Under the pieces are notes generated by a model. It worked only from the letters and a program-made list of their open reading frames with translations. It had not been told where the DNA came from and searched no databases. A stretch of DNA of 64,000 bases from NCBI GenBank assembly GCA_045806525.1, contig JBJMJD010000105.1, positions 2,680 to 66,679 on the forward strand, in the 5' to 3' direction. Origin of the DNA: Gaiellales bacterium. Its GTDB lineage: Bacteria; Actinomycetota; Thermoleophilia; Gaiellales; JAICJC01. Both the position numbers and the translations under genes were made by a program. Shown here one piece after another: positions 60,936-64,000 of the stretch; positions within the stretch are counted from its first letter, which is position 1, and each line of letters opens with the position of its first letter.

Positions 60936-62630
60936 ATGAGTCGGGTGGATCAGCCGACCGATTCTGCGCTGCTGAGGGAGGTGCGCCACTGGCTCGCGCT
61001 GGCGGTCGAGGATCTGGGCTTTGGCGTGGCGGTCGCCGAGGCCGGGTCCGAGCGGATCCTTTTCGCCAACCGGTACGCGAAGCAGGTCTGGCAGCGCCTG
61101 GCGCAGAGCGACGGCGTGGCAGAAGGCTACCGCGGGTTTACCCGTGACGGGCGGCCGTACAGTCCGGAGGAGTGGCCGCTGCGACGTGCGCTGAGGCTGG
61201 GCGAGACGGTGAGCCACGAGGAGATCTCGGTGGAGTTCGCCTCCGGTACCAGGGGAGTGCTGGCATTGAGCGCCGGCCCGATCCGGAACGACCACGATCA
61301 ACTGGTCGGCGCGGTGGTGACGATGTATGACCTGACCGATCATCGCCGAGCCGAGGAGACGCTGGCGTTCATGGCAGAGGCGAGCGCGGTTCTGACCGAA
61401 TCCGAACGCGACTATGAGCATATGTTGCGGCGACTGGCGCATCTTGCCGTTCCGCGGTTGGCGGACTGGTGTGCGATCGACCTCTGGGAGAACGGAATGA
61501 TCCGAAACGTCGGGGTTGCACACGTCGATCCGGCCAAGATCGAGCTTGCACACGAGCTCCAAAAGCGGTTCCCGCCGGATCCTGATAGCGCGCGAGGCGT
61601 GGCGAACGTGCTTCGTACCGGTCGTTCGGAGCTGACGTCGGAGATCCCGGATGCGTTGATCGACGAAGCCACTCCCGACCCGGATGTGCGACAGATTCTT
61701 CGTGACCTCGGGCTCCATTCGGCCATGGTGGCGCCGCTCTCGGCTCACGGTGAGACGCTCGGCGCCCTGACGTTGATTTCCGCTGAACAGCGGAGGACAT
61801 ACACCGCGGACGACCTCATCCTCGCCGAGGACCTGGGGCACCGAGCGGCGCTTTCGATCAGCAACGCGCGCCTGTTTCGCGAGCAGATCGAGATCAACAG
61901 CGCGCTGCAGCAGAGCCTGATTCCCGACACGCTGCCCAGCCTGGACGGCCTCGAGGTCGGTGCCGTCTACATGCCGGCCGGCGAGGGCAGCCAGGTCGGA
62001 GGAGACTTCTACGATGCGTGGAAGCTCGAGAACGGCGCGTTCGGTGTCGCGATCGGCGATGTTCAGGGCAAGGGACCGCGGGCGGCGGCGTTGACCAGCC
62101 TGGCACGACACACCATGCGCGCGGCCGCCCTCCACGCCGCCTCTCCGGCGGACGTGCTTCGGCTTCTCAACGACGCCGCCATTCGAAGCGACTTCAAGCA
62201 GTTCTGCACCGCCATCTACCTGACGTTGACACCAGCCGCCGACGGATTTACCACGACCGTGGCTGTAGCAGGGCACATGCCGGGAATGATCCGCCGTGCC
62301 AACGGGATGATCGACCGAGCGGGCCGCCCCGGGACGCTGTTGGGTATGTACGAGGACGTCAGGATCATCGATCACACCCTTCACCTGTATCCCGGCGACG
62401 CGCTGCTGCTGTTCACCGACGGCGTGACCGAGCGACGCGACGGTCCCAGGCAGTTCGGTGAGGGACGGCTGCGCGCGATCTTCAGCGCTGCGGCAGATCA
62501 GGAGGCGGATGCCGCTGCGCGGGCGGTCGCCGATGCGGTCGGTGCATTCTCTTCCTCACCGGCCCAGGACGACATAGCGATTCTGGTGATCAGAATCCTG
62601 GAAACCGATCGTGTCGAGCGCGTCGCATGA
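60936..62630 (+). CDS. PAS-GAF-PP2C (SpoIIE/RsbU-type) serine phosphatase
   Basis: 564 aa. PP2C motifs GGDFYD, GDVQGKG and FTDGVTE, with PAS and GAF-like N-terminal halves. Confidence 0.85.
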   Translation: MSRVDQPTDSALLREVRHWLALAVEDLGFGVAVAEAGSERILFANRYAKQVWQRLAQSDGVAEGYRGFTRDGRPYSPEEWPLRRALRLGETVSHEEISVEFASGTRGVLALSAGPIRNDHDQLVGAVVTMYDLTDHRRAEETLAFMAEASAVLTESERDYEHMLRRLAHLAVPRLADWCAIDLWENGMIRNVGVAHVDPAKIELAHELQKRFPPDPDSARGVANVLRTGRSELTSEIPDALIDEATPDPDVRQILRDLGLHSAMVAPLSAHGETLGALTLISAEQRRTYTADDLILAEDLGHRAALSISNARLFREQIEINSALQQSLIPDTLPSLDGLEVGAVYMPAGEGSQVGGDFYDAWKLENGAFGVAIGDVQGKGPRAAALTSLARHTMRAAALHAASPADVLRLLNDAAIRSDFKQFCTAIYLTLTPAADGFTTTVAVAGHMPGMIRRANGMIDRAGRPGTLLGMYEDVRIIDHTLHLYPGDALLLFTDGVTERRDGPRQFGEGRLRAIFSAAADQEADAAARAVADAVGAFSSSPAQDDIAILVIRILETDRVERVA

Positions 62631-62944
62631 GCAAGCTCGAGACCGCGACGACAACGTCCGACGGCCGGGCCACCGTGGTTCTGACAGGCACGCTGGACAT
62701 CTCCACCATCGACCAGGCTCTGCGTGAGCTGGCCGGAGCGAGAGCGGAAGCGCCGGCGGTGGTCATCGACATGCGCCAGATCGACTTCATCGACTCCAGC
62801 GGTCTCAGCGTCATTGCGCAGACGGCACGGCAGGCGACCGAGACCGGCTTCACGCTCAGCGTCGTCCCCAATCAGCAGGCGCGCCGGCTGATGGAGATAA
62901 CCGGCATCGCGTCGCACGTGCATATCGAGGATCGCGATGCTTGA
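62627..62944 (+). CDS. STAS-domain anti-sigma-factor antagonist (RsbV/SpoIIAA-like)
   Basis: 105 aa. Phosphorylatable Ser context FIDSSGLSV. ATGA overlap with the phosphatase gene. Confidence 0.9.
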   Translation: MSKLETATTTSDGRATVVLTGTLDISTIDQALRELAGARAEAPAVVIDMRQIDFIDSSGLSVIAQTARQATETGFTLSVVPNQQARRLMEITGIASHVHIEDRDA

Positions 62945-63353
62945 CGGCCGCGTCGAACTGGTACTGCCCGCCGAGCCGAGCTCTCCACAGATCGCGCGTG
63001 AGGCCATTGCACGCCTCGGCGCGTTGCCAGCCGACCTGCTGGACAGGGCGCAGCTGATCACGAGCGAGCTGGTGACCAACGGCGTACGGCACGGCAACGC
63101 CGGTGCCGGCGCGCAGATCCGGCTCTCGGCCGAGCTGCATCCGAGCTTCCTGCGCATCGAGGTGACAAGTCCCGCCGCACTCAGCCGCCCGATCATGCAG
63201 GCACGCGGAGAACTGCGAAGCTCGGGATACGGGCTGATCATCGTCGACGCGCTCGCGGATCGGTGGGGCAGCAGCGTCGACGGCGCCGTCCGCGTCTGGT
63301 GCGAACTGGGACTCAAGGCGGAGCCGGCGGTCGGTCGACCACCAGTGATCTAG
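62937..63353 (+). CDS. RsbW/SpoIIAB-like anti-sigma factor / serine kinase (HATPase_c_2)
   Basis: 138 aa. N-box SELVTNGVRHG and G-box SGYGLIIVDALADRWG. 8-nt overlap with the STAS gene. Confidence 0.8.
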   Translation: MLDGRVELVLPAEPSSPQIAREAIARLGALPADLLDRAQLITSELVTNGVRHGNAGAGAQIRLSAELHPSFLRIEVTSPAALSRPIMQARGELRSSGYGLIIVDALADRWGSSVDGAVRVWCELGLKAEPAVGRPPVI

Positions 63354-63366
63354 CAGGTCTGCCGCG

Positions 63367-63948
63367 TTAGCCGGCCCGGTCGGAGCCAGCGGTCTCGAGT
63401 GCGCTAGGCACAGTCCCCCCAGCGGTGGGCACCCGTGAAGCGGCATCCGCCCGCTCCACGATCTCGAGCATGACGCCGTCCGGATCACGGACGTAGAAGA
63501 CGATGCTGCCCGACCAGCCGGAGCCGTCGTCGGGGAGCGTGCGCGGAGGCGACAGCGGCACGAACCCGGCCGCGGTCAGGCGGCCGTGAACCGCCGCCGC
63601 GTCATCCACCCGCAGGCCGATGTGCACCGATCCCGGGCGCTCCTGCCGGGACGTGATCGGCCGGCGCGCCGCGGCCGTGCGGTGGTGCAGCAGCTCCAGG
63701 ATCCGCGACCCCAGGTCGACGTCGGCGTAGTCCACCTGGGCACCCGGCATGCCGGTCATCTGCTCGATCAGCTCTGGCTCGAGCCGGCCCCGGTCGTGCA
63801 GGGTGAGGCCCAGCAGGCCGCAGTAGAACGCGACCGAGCTGTCGAGATCGTCGACCGTGAGCGAGACATGGTCGACGCCCACCACGCGGGGCACCGCTCC
63901 CCGCAGCCGCCGCGGAAGGCGGTCGCGGCGGGTCACGTCGGACAGCAT
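63367..63948 (-). CDS. VOC-family (glyoxalase/bleomycin-resistance/dioxygenase) protein
   Basis: VDHVSLTVDDLDSSVAFYCGLLGL and HIGLRVDD...FYVRDPDGVMLEIVE are VOC motifs. ATG at 63948 is chosen, but the frame stays open to the window edge (GTG at 63993), so the 5' end is uncertain. Confidence 0.7.
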   Translation of the reverse strand: MLSDVTRRDRLPRRLRGAVPRVVGVDHVSLTVDDLDSSVAFYCGLLGLTLHDRGRLEPELIEQMTGMPGAQVDYADVDLGSRILELLHHRTAAARRPITSRQERPGSVHIGLRVDDAAAVHGRLTAAGFVPLSPPRTLPDDGSGWSGSIVFYVRDPDGVMLEIVERADAASRVPTAGGTVPSALETAGSDRAG

Positions 63949-64000
63949 CTCGGCCCGGCGCACCAGCTCGGCGCCGTCGCCCGAGACCAGCACCGACGCC

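Noticed and set aside
1-64000. A search for CRISPR arrays, tRNA/rRNA genes, insertion sequences, integrases, prophage, toxin-antitoxin pairs or known defence-system genes.
   Set aside because: I saw no regularly spaced repeats, no tRNA-like T-arm or anticodon-arm features in the few intergenic gaps (the largest is 294 bp), and no transposase, recombinase, nuclease or helicase-type ORFs. The window appears to be metabolic and envelope core or accessory DNA. This is an eyeball assessment, not a computed scan.

Overview
This is a 64-kb, gene-dense, high-GC segment (about 70% GC by eye; hand-counted GC3 above 90% in most sampled genes). It looks like chromosomal Actinomycetota DNA: many GTG/TTG starts, about 25 ATGA/GTGA/TGATG start-stop overlaps, Tat/lipobox solute-binding proteins, and probable leaderless first genes. 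I recognise about 63 protein genes. I see no rRNA, tRNA, CRISPR array, transposase, integrase or phage gene. Carbohydrate catabolic modules dominate. (1) 1-7.3 kb: a DeoR-linked SIS isomerase and ABC importer, with two PfkB kinases and a class I aldolase. (2) 7.3-17.7 kb: envelope genes, namely two UPF0104/MprF-flippase-like proteins, a holin-like/alkaline-phosphatase-family protein, a SHOCT membrane protein, and a LolA/DUF4367-like protein coupled to two ABC-2 pairs. (3) 17.7-23.5 kb: GNAT, MFS, YcaQ/AlkZ-like protein and an S53 sedolisin. (4) 23.6-38.9 kb: a myo-inositol catabolon (iolCBE, iolD, iolG-like, LacI regulator, CUT1 importer, non-canonical aldolase) with two perfect LacI-type palindromes in its divergent promoter. 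(5) 39.4-47.6 kb: GntR regulator, GH4 glycosidase, two PfkB kinases and a CUT1 importer. (6) 47.6-59.7 kb: NlpC/P60, GH38 alpha-mannosidase, a CUT1 importer, and a copper amine oxidase-SDR-GH4 operon. (7) 59.7-63.4 kb: a PAS histidine kinase, then a PP2C-STAS-RsbW partner-switching module with clearly relaxed GC3. All family names come from motif recognition by eye; no database search or computation was possible. The best candidates for an undescribed system are the amine oxidase-SDR-GH4 operon and the ABC + PfkB kinase + GH4 locus, which may be a PTS-independent phospho-glycoside route. Both are hypotheses, not demonstrations.
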